This document shows, piece by piece, positions 10,068-20,495 of a stretch of 64,000 bases of DNA. A model generated the notes under the pieces. The model worked only from the letters and a program-made list of their open reading frames with translations, was not told where the DNA came from and ran no database searches. Made by a program: the position numbers and the translations under genes. Source of the stretch: an uncultured Nitrospiraceae bacterium (GTDB taxonomy: Bacteria > Nitrospirota > Thermodesulfovibrionia > Thermodesulfovibrionales > UBA6898); assembly GCA_963811165.1 (NCBI GenBank), contig CAWEQH010000008.1, positions 384,001 to 448,000 of the forward strand, read 5' to 3'. Numbering within the stretch: the stretch's first letter is position 1; each line of letters starts with the position of its first letter.

Positions 10068-12302
10068 TTATTCCGCAAGCCATTTCCTCAGCAGGAACTT
10101 CGCGCCTTCCTTGTCGAGAGGCTCGTTTCTGTTTCCGCACTGGGCGTCCTGCACGCATGACGGACAGCCGCCCGTACAGGGACACTCCTCGATAATTTTG
10201 AGCGTGGCAGTCAGCCATTCTCCGGGGCATTCGACGGCCCTTTTTGAGAGTCCGACCCCGCCCTCATGACCGTCATACACGAAGATCGCAGGAAGGCCGA
10301 AAGCGGGGAACCCTGTATGGCTTAGCCCGCCGATGTCCCCCCGGTCGCATAAGGCAAACAAAGGGATGGAGGCGATTGCCGCATGTTCGACTGCGTGGAG
10401 TGTGCCGCCAAGGTCAAACCCTCCTGATTCTATCTCGCCCTTCGTCTTTCTGTCGATGACGGTCCAGACGCCCTCGGTCTCAAACACATACTCGGGCAGG
10501 GTGAGATCGTGAGTAGAGATCCTTACCCTGTCGAAAATCCGTTTCCTGTCATACCCCGTAACCTTGTGCGTCATCCTGAGGGCGCCCCAACTGAATTCGG
10601 TGCGGCCGAATCTCCTCTTCCCCTGTTCTTCGATGATCTCAGTTTCTCCACCGCTTAGGGGCTGAGTGTAGTAGTGTGATTTGACTTCTTGGCAGACGGC
10701 CTTCTTTTTTGTGATGTCGAGTTCGAGGACCCTGAACTGCCTGCCCCGATGAAGGTATATCGCACCCGGAAATGCCTCCTTAAAGACCCTCCAGCCGCTC
10801 AGTTCCCCAATCTGCCGGCCGCCTTCGTTTACGAGAGCAAAACGATCGCCCACTGCCCTAATTGCCACTTCCCGGTGCGGGTGTTTGTTCACGGAAAACC
10901 AGACATCCCCTTTTTTTCCCGGGGATAGTCCGTCTTCGGCCGTCAGTTCATCGATAACAGGCATATGCCTGTTCATATCATATACGGCATCGTCCCTCCT
11001 TAGGGGAAGTTCTGCTGCCGCGCATGCGAGATGTTTTTTCAGTATGTTTCTGTTCTCTGCATCGATCACTGCGGCCTCATGGCTCTTTGCGAAGAACTCC
11101 TCAGGGTGTCTCATGAAATAATGATCGAGCGCGTCCTGGGCGGCTATGAGGACCACAACGGATTCCTCTCCCTGTCTTCCGACGCGGCCCGCCCTCTGCC
11201 ATGTACTCGATACCGAGCCCGGATACCCGCAGAGGATACAGCAGTCAAGTCCCCCTATGTCGACCCCGAGTTCGAGGGCGCTGGTGGAGACCACTCCGAG
11301 GAGTTCCCCGCTGAACAGTTTCGCCTCGATCTCGCGCCTCTCTTTCGGGAGGAACCCCGCCCTGTACGGGCTGATCTTTGTCGCCAGCTCAGGTACGTAA
11401 TTCAGTGTCCAGGTGTAGATGAGTTCCGTTATCTTTCGCGCCCTCGTAAAGACTATTGTCCTTATGCCGGCCCTCAGACATTGTGCGAAAAGCCGTGTGG
11501 CCACGGTATAAGGGCTCTCTATCGGATTGACGAGGAAGAAATGTTTTCCTGCCGAGGGCGCCCCGCTTTCCTGGACCGTCTCGAAGGGAAGACCGGTGAG
11601 GTCCCCGGCCAGCCTGGACGGGTCCGCTATGGTTGCGGAGGCGGCGACGAACCTGGGAGATGATCCGTAAAAATCGCAGATCCTTCTCAGCCTCCGAAAC
11701 ACCTGCGCGACATGAGACCCGAAGACCCCGCGGTAACTGTGGACCTCGTCAACCACTATGAATTTAAGATTCCGAAAAAATTCTTCCCATTTTTTGTGGA
11801 AAGGCATGATCGCAAGATGCAGCATGTCGGGGTTCGTGAAGATAACGTGTGGAAGGGATTCACGGATATTCCTTCTGGCAAAGGAGGCAGTGTCTCCATC
11901 GTACACCTTTCCCGTCTCACCCATACCGAGAAGACCGGAAAGCTCATTAAGGTTTCTCAACTGGTCCTGTTCGAGCCCCTTCAGGGGAAAAAGGTAGAGC
12001 GCAGTGCTTTGGGGGTCGTCCATTATGGTCTCCAGTACCGGTATGTTGTACGCCAGGCTCTTGCCGCTGGCCGTGGGGGTCATCAGGACCACGTTCCTGC
12101 ACCCTCTTATGAGATTGACAGTCGCTGTCTGGTGGAGGTAAAGGCGGTCGATCCCGCTTTGAGAAAAGGCAACCCTGAACTTGTCACTGATCGTGAGTTC
12201 GCCATAGCGGGCGGGTACCGGCGGAATATATTTATATCCCGCGACCTGGAGCTGAAATTCCCTGTCTTCATCGAGGAACTTGAGAAAGTCTTTAATAGGC
12301 AT
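10068..12302 (-). CDS. DEAD/DEAH-box helicase with C-terminal DUF1998 Zn domain (MrfA/YprA family)
   Basis: TPTASGKS, DEVH, SAT, TSALELGVDIG, QRAGRVGR, CPCTGGCPSC; start moved to ATG 12302 (MPIKDFL). Confidence 0.92.
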   Translation of the reverse strand: MPIKDFLKFLDEDREFQLQVAGYKYIPPVPARYGELTISDKFRVAFSQSGIDRLYLHQTATVNLIRGCRNVVLMTPTASGKSLAYNIPVLETIMDDPQSTALYLFPLKGLEQDQLRNLNELSGLLGMGETGKVYDGDTASFARRNIRESLPHVIFTNPDMLHLAIMPFHKKWEEFFRNLKFIVVDEVHSYRGVFGSHVAQVFRRLRRICDFYGSSPRFVAASATIADPSRLAGDLTGLPFETVQESGAPSAGKHFFLVNPIESPYTVATRLFAQCLRAGIRTIVFTRARKITELIYTWTLNYVPELATKISPYRAGFLPKERREIEAKLFSGELLGVVSTSALELGVDIGGLDCCILCGYPGSVSSTWQRAGRVGRQGEESVVVLIAAQDALDHYFMRHPEEFFAKSHEAAVIDAENRNILKKHLACAAAELPLRRDDAVYDMNRHMPVIDELTAEDGLSPGKKGDVWFSVNKHPHREVAIRAVGDRFALVNEGGRQIGELSGWRVFKEAFPGAIYLHRGRQFRVLELDITKKKAVCQEVKSHYYTQPLSGGETEIIEEQGKRRFGRTEFSWGALRMTHKVTGYDRKRIFDRVRISTHDLTLPEYVFETEGVWTVIDRKTKGEIESGGFDLGGTLHAVEHAAIASIPLFALCDRGDIGGLSHTGFPAFGLPAIFVYDGHEGGVGLSKRAVECPGEWLTATLKIIEECPCTGGCPSCVQDAQCGNRNEPLDKEGAKFLLRKWLAE

Positions 12303-12551
12303 ATCTGATTTTAATACATAAGTGAGATGGAAAACCTGTTTCAGAGGCTTTACCAAAGCCGTCATTAAAAAAGCCGATTACGGCATTCTCATTCGCTTCG
12401 CTCCGGGCATCCCCGCTATGCGAAACCTGCTGAAGCCGTTCGAATGTCCCCGGCGCAAAGTTACGATGGCTCCCGGCTTCGGTTTCCGATGAGGGCCAGT
12501 TGTCCGTAATTGTGATAATATAAACTAAAGGGAAAGAGAGGGGGTTTTATT

Positions 12552-13004
12552 ATGAAAAGACCAGTCATAGTGATGGTAGTTGCCGTGCTGCTTTTTGGTT
12601 CCTTTGCCTTAGCCGACAGCGGCGTTAAATGGTATACGCTAGCCGAAGGTCAGCTAAAGTCAAAGGCGGAAGGCAAACCGGTCATCGTCGATTTCTTTTT
12701 CGGGAAGGGTTGTCCGAGGTGCGAATTTCTCGAAAAAGAGGTTTACCGCAACCCCTCCATCGCCAAAAAGATAATGGAAGATTTTATCCCTATAAGGATA
12801 GACCTGACCAAGAAACTCTCCAAAGAGGAAAAGGAGTTGGGAGAGAAATACGAATTCAAGAACGACTGTCTGCTCATTTTCCTTGATCGAAGCGGCAACC
12901 TCGTGAAAGACGCGACCGGGAAAAAACTCTGTTTTATCGACAAAGTGGACCCGGACGAATTTATCAAGTATCTCGATACAGTGAAGTCCGGAATGGGCAA
13001 ATAA
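12552..13004 (+). CDS. exported thioredoxin-fold protein (CPRC)
   Basis: Signal peptide (FALA|D), KPVIVDF...CPRC. Confidence 0.8.
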   Translation: MKRPVIVMVVAVLLFGSFALADSGVKWYTLAEGQLKSKAEGKPVIVDFFFGKGCPRCEFLEKEVYRNPSIAKKIMEDFIPIRIDLTKKLSKEEKELGEKYEFKNDCLLIFLDRSGNLVKDATGKKLCFIDKVDPDEFIKYLDTVKSGMGK

Positions 13005-13030
13005 GAGATGAGTGCTCAGTGATGCCGTAT

Positions 13031-13060
13031 TTGACATCCTAAAGGACAATGAGTTATTCT
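13031..13060 (+). promoter_or_regulatory. sigma70 promoter of tRNA-fMet
   Basis: TTGACA (13031-13036), 18 nt, TATTCT (13055-13060). Confidence 0.6.
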
Positions 13061-13072
13061 TAGTACCTCGAT

Positions 13073-13149
<77 letters not shown>

Positions 13150-13158
13150 ATTAAAATC

Positions 13159-13190
13159 AAGGGTCTGCAGAAATGCAGGCCTTTTTTGTT
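13159..13190 (+). terminator. intrinsic terminator after tRNA-fMet
   Basis: AAGGGTCTGCA-gaaa-TGCAGGCCTT followed by a T tract. Confidence 0.8.
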
Positions 13191-13309
13191 CCCCTGACCG
13201 AAGCAACCGGTAGGTATGCTTCTACCATCTCGCTTAAGGTGATCGAAGGCTGACGATTTTCTGGAAGGGCTGAATAAATACCGCCCGGTTTCCCGAAGGG
13301 GAGTCAGCC

Positions 13310-14743
13310 CTACGTCGTCCCGGTCACGTGCGAATCGACTTGAATGCCTTTCTTCTTTAGCTTATCGAGCAGGGTTGTCCGGTTGAGTCCGAGAAGCAGC
13401 GCCGCATTTTTTTTGACGCCTCCCGCTTTTTTCATTGCCTGAAGGATCAAGTCTTTTTCTATCCCGTCGATGAAGGCGTTCATGTCAATTCCCTCCCGGG
13501 GAAGAACGATCCCGCACCGGGGCCCGGGTGCATTTCCCGCTTCCTTGGCAGGGGCTTCCACCGGCGAAGGCGATCCATCGAGGAAACGTTCAGGGAGGTC
13601 TTCCGTCGAAACGAGGCCGTCGTCGTCAAGGATAACCAATCTTTCTATCAGGTTCTCGAGTTCCCTGACATTGCCCGGCCAGCTGTAGTTCATAAAGTGA
13701 TCAAATACCGTCGGACTTATCGTCAGCGGTTTCTTCTTTTTCCTTCTGCAGATGTCGCTCATAAAGTGTTCAATCAAAACGGCGATATCTTCCTTTCTCT
13801 CCCTTAGCGGAGGGATATGCAGGGGTATCACGTTAAGGCGATAGTACAGGTCTTCCCTGAAAGTGCCTTCTCTTGTTGCCTTCAGAAGGTCTTTATTCGT
13901 TGCCGCCAGTATTCTTACATCCGCCTTTATGGTTTTTGTGCCGCCCACCCGCTCAAACTCCCTTTCCTGCAGCACCCTGAGGATCTTTGCCTGGAGGTTG
14001 GGATGGAGCTCGCCCACCTCATCGAGAAGGAGGGTGCCGCCGTCGGCGAGTTCGAAGCGGCCCTTTCTTGTGGTGAGCGCCCCCGTAAATGAGCCCTTTT
14101 CGTGTCCGAACAGCTCAGACTCAAGAAGGTCTTTGGGAATAGCGGCGCAGTTTAAAGGGATAAACGGTTTAAAGGACCTCGAACTGTTAAAGTGTATCGT
14201 CTTTGCGACGATCTCCTTTCCGGTGCCGCTTTCTCCATAAATGATCACAGTGCTTTCCGTATCCGCTATCTTTTCGATGAATTTATGAAGTTTCTCAATC
14301 TGGGGGGAGGTCCCGATGAGGCCGTGAAAATCGTATCGGCTCTTAAGTTGTTTTTTGAGCATCTCATTTTCTTTCTGAAGCTTCGAGATATTCAGGGCCC
14401 TTTTTATGAGGATAAGCAACTCTTCGTACAGAAAAGGTTTTGTGACATAGTCAAACGCCCCGAGTTTCATCGCCTCAACCGCGGTCTGCACAGTGGCATA
14501 GGCGGTCATGACGATAGAGGGCACCTGGATATGAAGCGCAGCAGCCTCCTTCAGGACTTCGAGTCCGCCCATCCCCGGCATAATGAGGTCCACAAGAAAG
14601 ACATCGAAATGTTCATGCTTCAGCAGTTCGAGCCCGGTCGCTCCGTCCGCAGCCGTGTCGACGCGGAATCCTTCGCCGATAAAAAAAATACTTAGTGCAT
14701 CCCTTATGGATTCGGTATCGTCTATTACCAGAATGTTATGCAT
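13310..14743 (-). CDS. sigma54-dependent response regulator (NtrC family, FleQ/FgrM-like)
   Basis: Receiver, GESGTGKE, GSFTGA (GAFTGA variant), FREDLYYRL, HTH LGLNRTTLLDKLKK resembling flagellar master activators. Confidence 0.9.
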   Translation of the reverse strand: MHNILVIDDTESIRDALSIFFIGEGFRVDTAADGATGLELLKHEHFDVFLVDLIMPGMGGLEVLKEAAALHIQVPSIVMTAYATVQTAVEAMKLGAFDYVTKPFLYEELLILIKRALNISKLQKENEMLKKQLKSRYDFHGLIGTSPQIEKLHKFIEKIADTESTVIIYGESGTGKEIVAKTIHFNSSRSFKPFIPLNCAAIPKDLLESELFGHEKGSFTGALTTRKGRFELADGGTLLLDEVGELHPNLQAKILRVLQEREFERVGGTKTIKADVRILAATNKDLLKATREGTFREDLYYRLNVIPLHIPPLRERKEDIAVLIEHFMSDICRRKKKKPLTISPTVFDHFMNYSWPGNVRELENLIERLVILDDDGLVSTEDLPERFLDGSPSPVEAPAKEAGNAPGPRCGIVLPREGIDMNAFIDGIEKDLILQAMKKAGGVKKNAALLLGLNRTTLLDKLKKKGIQVDSHVTGTT

Positions 14744-15896
14744 GGTCTTCCTGTGAGGATGCCTGTAGAGGCCGCGTCATGATTTTATCTCCCTTCCATC
14801 TGAAGGGGAAGCGCACGACGTAGGTTGTTCCCCTGTCTGTGCTGCTTTCTATTGTAACCTCTCCCATATGCTCAGATACAATCTGTTTGACCACCTGTAG
14901 TCCGATCCCGAACTTATTTTCCCCTCTGCCGGCGAAAGGATCAAATACCGTATCGGCTATTTCCCGCGGTATGCCGCAGCCTGTGTCTGCGATCTTGATT
15001 ATGACCTTGTCCCCTTCGGCCCCGACCGAGACGGTGATCACGCTGTCCTCCCGGGCCTCTTCAACTGCGTTTCTCATAAGAAGGAGGAAAGCCGTCCTCA
15101 GCAGATCTTTTTCCATATTGATCGGCAGAGGGTCTCCGGGATAATCGGCAGCGATCCTTACCCGCTTATTCGCTGCTTCCCTCTCTGTAATAGAGACAGC
15201 TCTCCCCACGATCCCACCGATATCTTCGTACTGGAAATTCCGTCCCTTGCATCCCAGGAGCGCCTGAAAATCTTTCACCAGTATCTCCAGTTTTTCAGCC
15301 TCGTCCCGGATACGGCAAATATTTTCCCTCGCTTTTTCCGAGATCTCTTCTTTTTCGAGGGTTCTCTTGCACAGCCCTCCGATGACGGATGAGGGGTTCC
15401 TTAGCCGGTCGGCGACGGCCAGCGCCATAATGTGAGCGGTTCTTTCCGCAACGAGACTTTCAATGTTTTGACTGAACTCTTCGAGGATGTGTCTGTATTC
15501 GCTTTCCAGCTGGACAAGGTCTGAGTATCTGGAGGCTTTTTCAACAGCATGCAGCAGTTGCTCGGGCTTGTATGGCTTAATCATGAAATCGAAGGCGCCT
15601 TTTTTTATCGCATCGATGGTCTTGTCCATGTCCGCCTGTCCGGTCATGAGGATCACGGGGATATCGGGGTTCATTTCATGAACCTTTACGAGGAGGTCGA
15701 TCCCCGAAAGCCCTGGCATCACTATGTCCGTGAACACGGCGGCCACATGCAGTTTTTGCAGGCGCTCAAGGGCGTCTGCCGCATTCCTGCAGGCCACCAC
15801 GTAATATCCGCATTCGTTCAGCAGTAGGGAGGTAGCCTCAAGCGCGAAGATATCGTCGTCGACTACAAGGATAGTCCTGTTTGCCTTATCGCCCAT
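14736..15896 (-). CDS. receiver + degenerate histidine kinase (H-box His replaced by Asp)
   Basis: VVDDD...TDIVMPG receiver; VADRLRNP instead of AHExRNP; DTGCGI and FGIGL HATPase boxes. Confidence 0.8.
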   Translation of the reverse strand: MGDKANRTILVVDDDIFALEATSLLLNECGYYVVACRNAADALERLQKLHVAAVFTDIVMPGLSGIDLLVKVHEMNPDIPVILMTGQADMDKTIDAIKKGAFDFMIKPYKPEQLLHAVEKASRYSDLVQLESEYRHILEEFSQNIESLVAERTAHIMALAVADRLRNPSSVIGGLCKRTLEKEEISEKARENICRIRDEAEKLEILVKDFQALLGCKGRNFQYEDIGGIVGRAVSITEREAANKRVRIAADYPGDPLPINMEKDLLRTAFLLLMRNAVEEAREDSVITVSVGAEGDKVIIKIADTGCGIPREIADTVFDPFAGRGENKFGIGLQVVKQIVSEHMGEVTIESSTDRGTTYVVRFPFRWKGDKIMTRPLQASSQEDHA

Positions 15897-15930
15897 TACA
15901 CCCTTCCGGCGGGGCTATGAAAAACCCGCA

Positions 15931-17250
15931 TCATTTGCCTGATCCGTCCAGAGTTTCCTCATCTTCGACGACGAGCACGACTTTCGGGCCGCCAGGCAGT
16001 GATCTTACCGCCGGTTCGGCGGTAACGACCCCGGCTTTCTCCTCGAGGCGCGGCAGACAGATCGTGAATATCGTGCCTTTTCCCTCTTCGCCCGAAACCA
16101 CTATCTTCCCCTGGTGCTGTTCCACGATCCCGTAGACCGTGGAGAGACCGAGGCCGGTCCCCTTGTCTTTTTCCTTTGTCGTGAAAAACGGGTCGAATAT
16201 AAAGGGCCGTGCGCTTTCAGGTATCCCGGTACCCACATCGCTCACAGAAAGCAGCACGTAACTGCCCGCGGGGATCCCCGCATATCTGGCGGCCGCCTCA
16301 ACGCCGAGATCACGCCCGGAGGTCTCTATCGTCAATTTGCCGCCAGCGGGCATAGCATCACGTGCGTTTAAGGCCAGGTTAATGATTATCTGCTCCATCT
16401 GGGTAGGGTCGGCCCTTACAGTTCCGATATCCGGGGCCAGGAGCGTCACAAGCTCGATATCTTCTCCTATCAGACTCTCAAGCATCTTGCGGATGCCCTT
16501 GACACAGTCATTTAGGTTCAGCACGCGCGGCTCGATGATCTGCTTTCGGCTGAAAGCCAGAAGCTTGTGGGTCATCTCCGCCGCCTTCAGCGCCGAGCCG
16601 CTTATCTTCTGCAAAATCTTGTACTGTGCATCTTCGGGCTTGAGCTTCCGCATAAGGGTCTCCGAGAACCCGATAATCGCGGTCAGATAATTGTTGAAAT
16701 CATGGGCGACGGTACCGGCGAGTCTGCCTATCGACTCCATCTTTTGCGACTGGTAAAGCTGCTCTTCGATCCGCTTTCTCCGGGTGATGTCGGAGATTAA
16801 GCCGTCGTAAGCGACAAGACGCCCGTCTTTGTCGCAACGGGGGACGGACGTGTTCCTGACCCAGCGAATGGAACCGTCTTTATGGATTATGCGGTGTTCG
16901 ATTGCGGGCACAATCTCGCCGGACAGCACTTTTTCGGTCTGTCCCATTACCGCGTCTCTGTCGGGTTCGTAGATCATCCTGTACCAAAGGTACGGGTCTG
17001 AGGCATATTCCTCGGGTGAGTAGCCGGTCAGGTCGACGCAGCCTGCTTTGTGGGAAGTGGCGACGGGAACCCCGTTCTCTATCGTAACTGTGTATATATA
17101 GTCTGTCACAGATTCCAGTAAGCGCTTACACCTTTTTTCACTCTCGATCAGTTTTTCTTCGGCCCGGTTGCGTTCCGACACTTCATGTTCAAGCTCCTCG
17201 TTGAGCCTCCGGATTTTCTCCTTGGCCGCCGTGCGCTTCGCTACCATCAA
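15931..17250 (-). CDS. PAS-domain hybrid histidine kinase, truncated (receiver cut after VLVVEDE); possible pseudogene
   Basis: [39 protein letters not shown]; ends '[17 protein letters not shown]'; upstream in-frame linker lacks a proper start. Confidence 0.75.
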   Translation of the reverse strand: MMVAKRTAAKEKIRRLNEELEHEVSERNRAEEKLIESEKRCKRLLESVTDYIYTVTIENGVPVATSHKAGCVDLTGYSPEEYASDPYLWYRMIYEPDRDAVMGQTEKVLSGEIVPAIEHRIIHKDGSIRWVRNTSVPRCDKDGRLVAYDGLISDITRRKRIEEQLYQSQKMESIGRLAGTVAHDFNNYLTAIIGFSETLMRKLKPEDAQYKILQKISGSALKAAEMTHKLLAFSRKQIIEPRVLNLNDCVKGIRKMLESLIGEDIELVTLLAPDIGTVRADPTQMEQIIINLALNARDAMPAGGKLTIETSGRDLGVEAAARYAGIPAGSYVLLSVSDVGTGIPESARPFIFDPFFTTKEKDKGTGLGLSTVYGIVEQHQGKIVVSGEEGKGTIFTICLPRLEEKAGVVTAEPAVRSLPGGPKVVLVVEDEETLDGSGK

Positions 17251-17430
17251 CTCCGGTTCCTCTTTGGCCTTCCGGAGGGTCTCTTCACCCTGTTTGCAAT
17301 CGAAGAAAGTCGTAATCCCAGTCCTAATTTCATTTGCCTAAAGGCGCTCCTTCTTTTTCGTTAACGCCGTTATGTCCCCAGAGTAGAGACATATTCACTA
17401 TATTTATATAGTAGCTCTTTTGTTGTGTAT

Positions 17431-17486
17431 GTCAAATTGCTGACGTTCCGACGGTCTACTTATTATCACACTGTCATTTCCTTGAC
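17431..17486. promoter_or_regulatory. two GTCA-N6-TGAC palindromes (FleQ-type enhancer boxes)
   Basis: GTCAaattgcTGAC (17431-17444) and GTCAtttcctTGAC (17473-17486), 42 bp apart, upstream of a sigma54-like promoter. Confidence 0.6.
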
Positions 17487-17540
17487 GCCGGCAGCTGTGC
17501 CGTCATCCCGCAATAGCCTGAAATGCCATTGTTTTTGGAC

Positions 17541-17555
17541 TGGCACAGCATTTGT
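17541..17555 (+). promoter_or_regulatory. sigma54 (-24/-12) promoter for fliA
   Basis: TGGCAC-agcat-TTGT (consensus TGGCAC-N5-TTGC). Confidence 0.6.
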
Positions 17556-17584
17556 AAATATTCGGCATATAGTAAGGAGGGACC

Positions 17585-18346
17585 ATGCAGGAATATAGAA
17601 CAGAAACGTGTGAAGAAGAGAAAGAACAGACCCTTCGCGATTTTTTACCGTTCATAAAATATACTGCCAGCAGACTGGCCTGGCGGCTTCCGCCCCAGCT
17701 CACGGCGGACGACCTTGTCAGCGCGGGCATGCTGGGCCTACTCGATGCCTTGGAGAAATACCAACGCGGCAGGGCCAAGTTAAAGACTTACGCAGAGTTC
17801 AGGATCAAGGGATCCATGCTCGACGAACTGAGGGCGGTGGAGTGGATGCCGAGATCTATAAGAAAAAAGGTGAATACCCTTAAGAAGGCCTATGCCGAGC
17901 TCGAAATAGAATTCGGCAGACCGCCTGAGGACGAGGAAGTCGCCGGGGCGCTGAACCTCACGCTCGACGAATATTACAGAACTCTCGGCGACGCAAACGG
18001 CGCGATTGCGTTCAGGTTTGAGGACTTCGAGGGCAACGGCTATGCGGAGGACGGACTGAACATCCTGGAGTGTATCCCGGACCCCAACGGATGCAATCCC
18101 CTTACCGCCCTGGAAGAGAAGGCCCAAAAAGAGCAGGTTGCAGATCTTATTGATGAACTGCCCGAGAAGGAGAGGCTGCTCCTATCTCTTTACTACTGGG
18201 ATGAACTTACCATGAACGAAATAGGCAAAATTATGAGACTGACCGAGGGAAGGATCTGTCAACTGCACAATCAGGCGCTGATAAGGTTGAAGGCGAAAAT
18301 GGAGGGCGCCAATGACGCTAAAGAATGTACGGTAAAGACCCGATAA
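17585..18346 (+). CDS. fliA: RNA polymerase sigma-28 factor FliA
   Basis: DDLVSAGMLGLLDA, YAEFRIKGSMLDELR, WMPRSIR, LYYWDELTMNEIG...TEGRICQLH. Confidence 0.95.
   Translation: MQEYRTETCEEEKEQTLRDFLPFIKYTASRLAWRLPPQLTADDLVSAGMLGLLDALEKYQRGRAKLKTYAEFRIKGSMLDELRAVEWMPRSIRKKVNTLKKAYAELEIEFGRPPEDEEVAGALNLTLDEYYRTLGDANGAIAFRFEDFEGNGYAEDGLNILECIPDPNGCNPLTALEEKAQKEQVADLIDELPEKERLLLSLYYWDELTMNEIGKIMRLTEGRICQLHNQALIRLKAKMEGANDAKECTVKTR
18319..18346 (+). promoter_or_regulatory. putative sigma28 promoter for cheBR
   Basis: TAAAG...CCCGATAA with a 16-nt spacer, inside the fliA 3' end. Confidence 0.45.
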
Positions 18347-18546
18347 ATGGGTCTGATGACGCAGCCGGGGAAAATTATGTTTCTGATTAAGGACTGGCTT
18401 GAGCAACTTCTAGCGCCGATGACTTGAGCCTCTTTGAAGATGTGTCGGTCGATGCGCACGGCCAGGTCGGAGTTCACCAAGACAGTCAAGACCCCGACCT
18501 GCTGGATGACTCCGGGTTTCAAGCGAACGGGAGATATATATCGATC

Positions 18547-19602
18547 ATGGTAAGGGTACTAATAGTAGACGATTCCGCCTTTATGAGAAACATCCTCTCC
18601 ACCATGCTTTCCTCCGACCACGAAATCTCGATAGTTGGTACCGCCCGCGACGGCCGGGAGGCGATCGAAAAGGTCGAAAAGTTAAGACCCGACGTCGTCA
18701 CCATGGATGTCGAAATGCCTAAGATGGACGGGATAACGGCCCTCAGACATATTATGGACAAGACCCCTGCGCCTGTCATTATGCTCAGTGCCCTTACGAG
18801 CGAAGGCGCAAAGGCGACGCTCGACGCGTTTGACCTTGGTGCAGTCGACTTTATACCAAAAAACCTTTCAGAACTTTCGATAAACATCGTAAGGATCAGG
18901 GAGTTGCTTCTCGATAAGGTGAAACAGATAGGGATGAAGGGGCTTGTGAGGAGACCCAAGGCCCAGGGCACTTGTACCGTCAGGCCGGCGATTCCCGTGA
19001 AAATGGCGCACCGGGTTGGAAGCACGGGCGAAAGGAGTATCTGGATAGTGGCGATCGGCTCGTCGACCGGCGGTCCGCGTGCCCTCCTGGACATCATACC
19101 CAAACTGCCGAAGGACTTCCCTTGCCCGATCGTGATCGCCCAGCATATGCCGCCGAATTTTACCGGCCCCTTTGCGCAGAGGCTGAATCAGGTCAGTAAT
19201 ATAACGGTGAAGGAAGCTGAAGAAGGTGAGGGACTCAAGCCCGGGGTCGCAGTGGTCGCGCCGGGCAGCGGACATATGAGGGTGAAGAGGGTGAATGGGA
19301 AGACGGTCGTATGCATAAACGGATATAAGGAGGACTTTATTTACCGTCCCTCGGTAGACGCCCTTATGTCCTCTGTCGCGGAGTTCTTTCCGGGCAGGGC
19401 ACTGGGCGTGATACTGACGGGTATGGGCAATGACGGTCTCAAAGGGCTTATCAAACTGAAAGAAACCGGCGGGAGGATATTGGCACAGGACGAGGGGTCC
19501 TGCGTTGTCTACGGCATGCCTAAGGCGGTCGTCAACGCCGGCATTGCGAATAAGGTCCTTGCGATAGATGCGATCGCAGGCGAGATAGTCAACTCTGTTT
19601 AG
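18547..19602 (+). CDS. cheB: chemotaxis response regulator protein-glutamate methylesterase CheB
   Basis: Receiver VLIVDDS...DVEMP; GSSTGGP, QHMP, RPSVD, LTGMGNDG, VVYGMP; start set at ATG 18547. Confidence 0.95.
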   Translation: MVRVLIVDDSAFMRNILSTMLSSDHEISIVGTARDGREAIEKVEKLRPDVVTMDVEMPKMDGITALRHIMDKTPAPVIMLSALTSEGAKATLDAFDLGAVDFIPKNLSELSINIVRIRELLLDKVKQIGMKGLVRRPKAQGTCTVRPAIPVKMAHRVGSTGERSIWIVAIGSSTGGPRALLDIIPKLPKDFPCPIVIAQHMPPNFTGPFAQRLNQVSNITVKEAEEGEGLKPGVAVVAPGSGHMRVKRVNGKTVVCINGYKEDFIYRPSVDALMSSVAEFFPGRALGVILTGMGNDGLKGLIKLKETGGRILAQDEGSCVVYGMPKAVVNAGIANKVLAIDAIAGEIVNSV

Positions 19603-19628
19603 TCGTGTCCTGTCCCTGATTATTTGTG

Positions 19629-20495
19629 ATGGCAAAGAACTACAGAAGCGCCAATGAGCCAGCGATAATGTCCAAGAAGGATTTCCGCATGCTGGCCGAA
19701 TTCATTCATTCGGAGTGCGGCATAAGGATGCCGGACTCGAAAAAGGTGGTGCTCGAGACGAGGCTCAGACGAAGGCTCAGGGTCCTCGGCATGGACTCAT
19801 ACGCCAGATACTGCGATTACGTCTTTAGCCCGGAAGGTACCGAGCGCGAGCTTTTCCATATGATCGATACGGTCACTACGAACAAGACTGATTTTTTCCG
19901 GGAGCCGCGGCATTTCGAATATCTGACCGGTACGGTGCTGCCTGAGATGGTCCGGGCGAAAGGGACCGGGATCAGAACGAAACTGATGGTCTGGTCCGCT
20001 GGATGCTCCACAGGGGAAGAACCCTACACCCTGGCGATGGTACTGAGCGATTTTGCAGAGGGATGGCGCGGGTTTCATTTCATGGTCCTCGCAACGGACA
20101 TTTCCACCCAGGCACTCAATAAGGCAAAAAACGCCATCTACGAAGAGGAGAGGGTCGAACCTGTCCCATGGGAGATGAAAAAGAAATATCTCCTTCGGAG
20201 CAGAGACAGGAGCAAAGGTCTTGTGTGCATCACGCCGGCCTTGAGAGAGACGGTGAAGTTCCGGAGGTTGAATTTTATGGAAGGGGACTTCGGAATGAGA
20301 GAACCGCTCGATATAATATTTTGCAGGAATGTGATCATTTATTTTGACGCACCCACTCAGGAAAGATTGCTGAACCGTTTCTGCAATCACCTAAATGGAG
20401 GCGGCTACATATTCGTGGGACATTCCGAAACGCTGCATAAGCTGGATGTCCCGCTGCTCCAGGTTTCCCCGACGGTCTACAGGAAGATTTTATGA
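19629..20495 (+). CDS. cheR: chemotaxis methyltransferase CheR
   Basis: TTNKTDFFRE, WSAGCSTGEEPY, ATDIS, IFCRNVIIYF, GHSE. Confidence 0.95.
   Translation: MAKNYRSANEPAIMSKKDFRMLAEFIHSECGIRMPDSKKVVLETRLRRRLRVLGMDSYARYCDYVFSPEGTERELFHMIDTVTTNKTDFFREPRHFEYLTGTVLPEMVRAKGTGIRTKLMVWSAGCSTGEEPYTLAMVLSDFAEGWRGFHFMVLATDISTQALNKAKNAIYEEERVEPVPWEMKKKYLLRSRDRSKGLVCITPALRETVKFRRLNFMEGDFGMREPLDIIFCRNVIIYFDAPTQERLLNRFCNHLNGGGYIFVGHSETLHKLDVPLLQVSPTVYRKIL

Noticed and set aside
10068..12302. DISARM/defence helicase
   Set aside because: Full-length MrfA/YprA-type helicase with no neighbouring defence genes
18377..18546. cheA remnant or N-terminal extension of CheB (ADDLSLFED / QDPDLLDD)
   Set aside because: Only a faint resemblance to Hpt starts; not supportable without an alignment. 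CheB start set at 18547.
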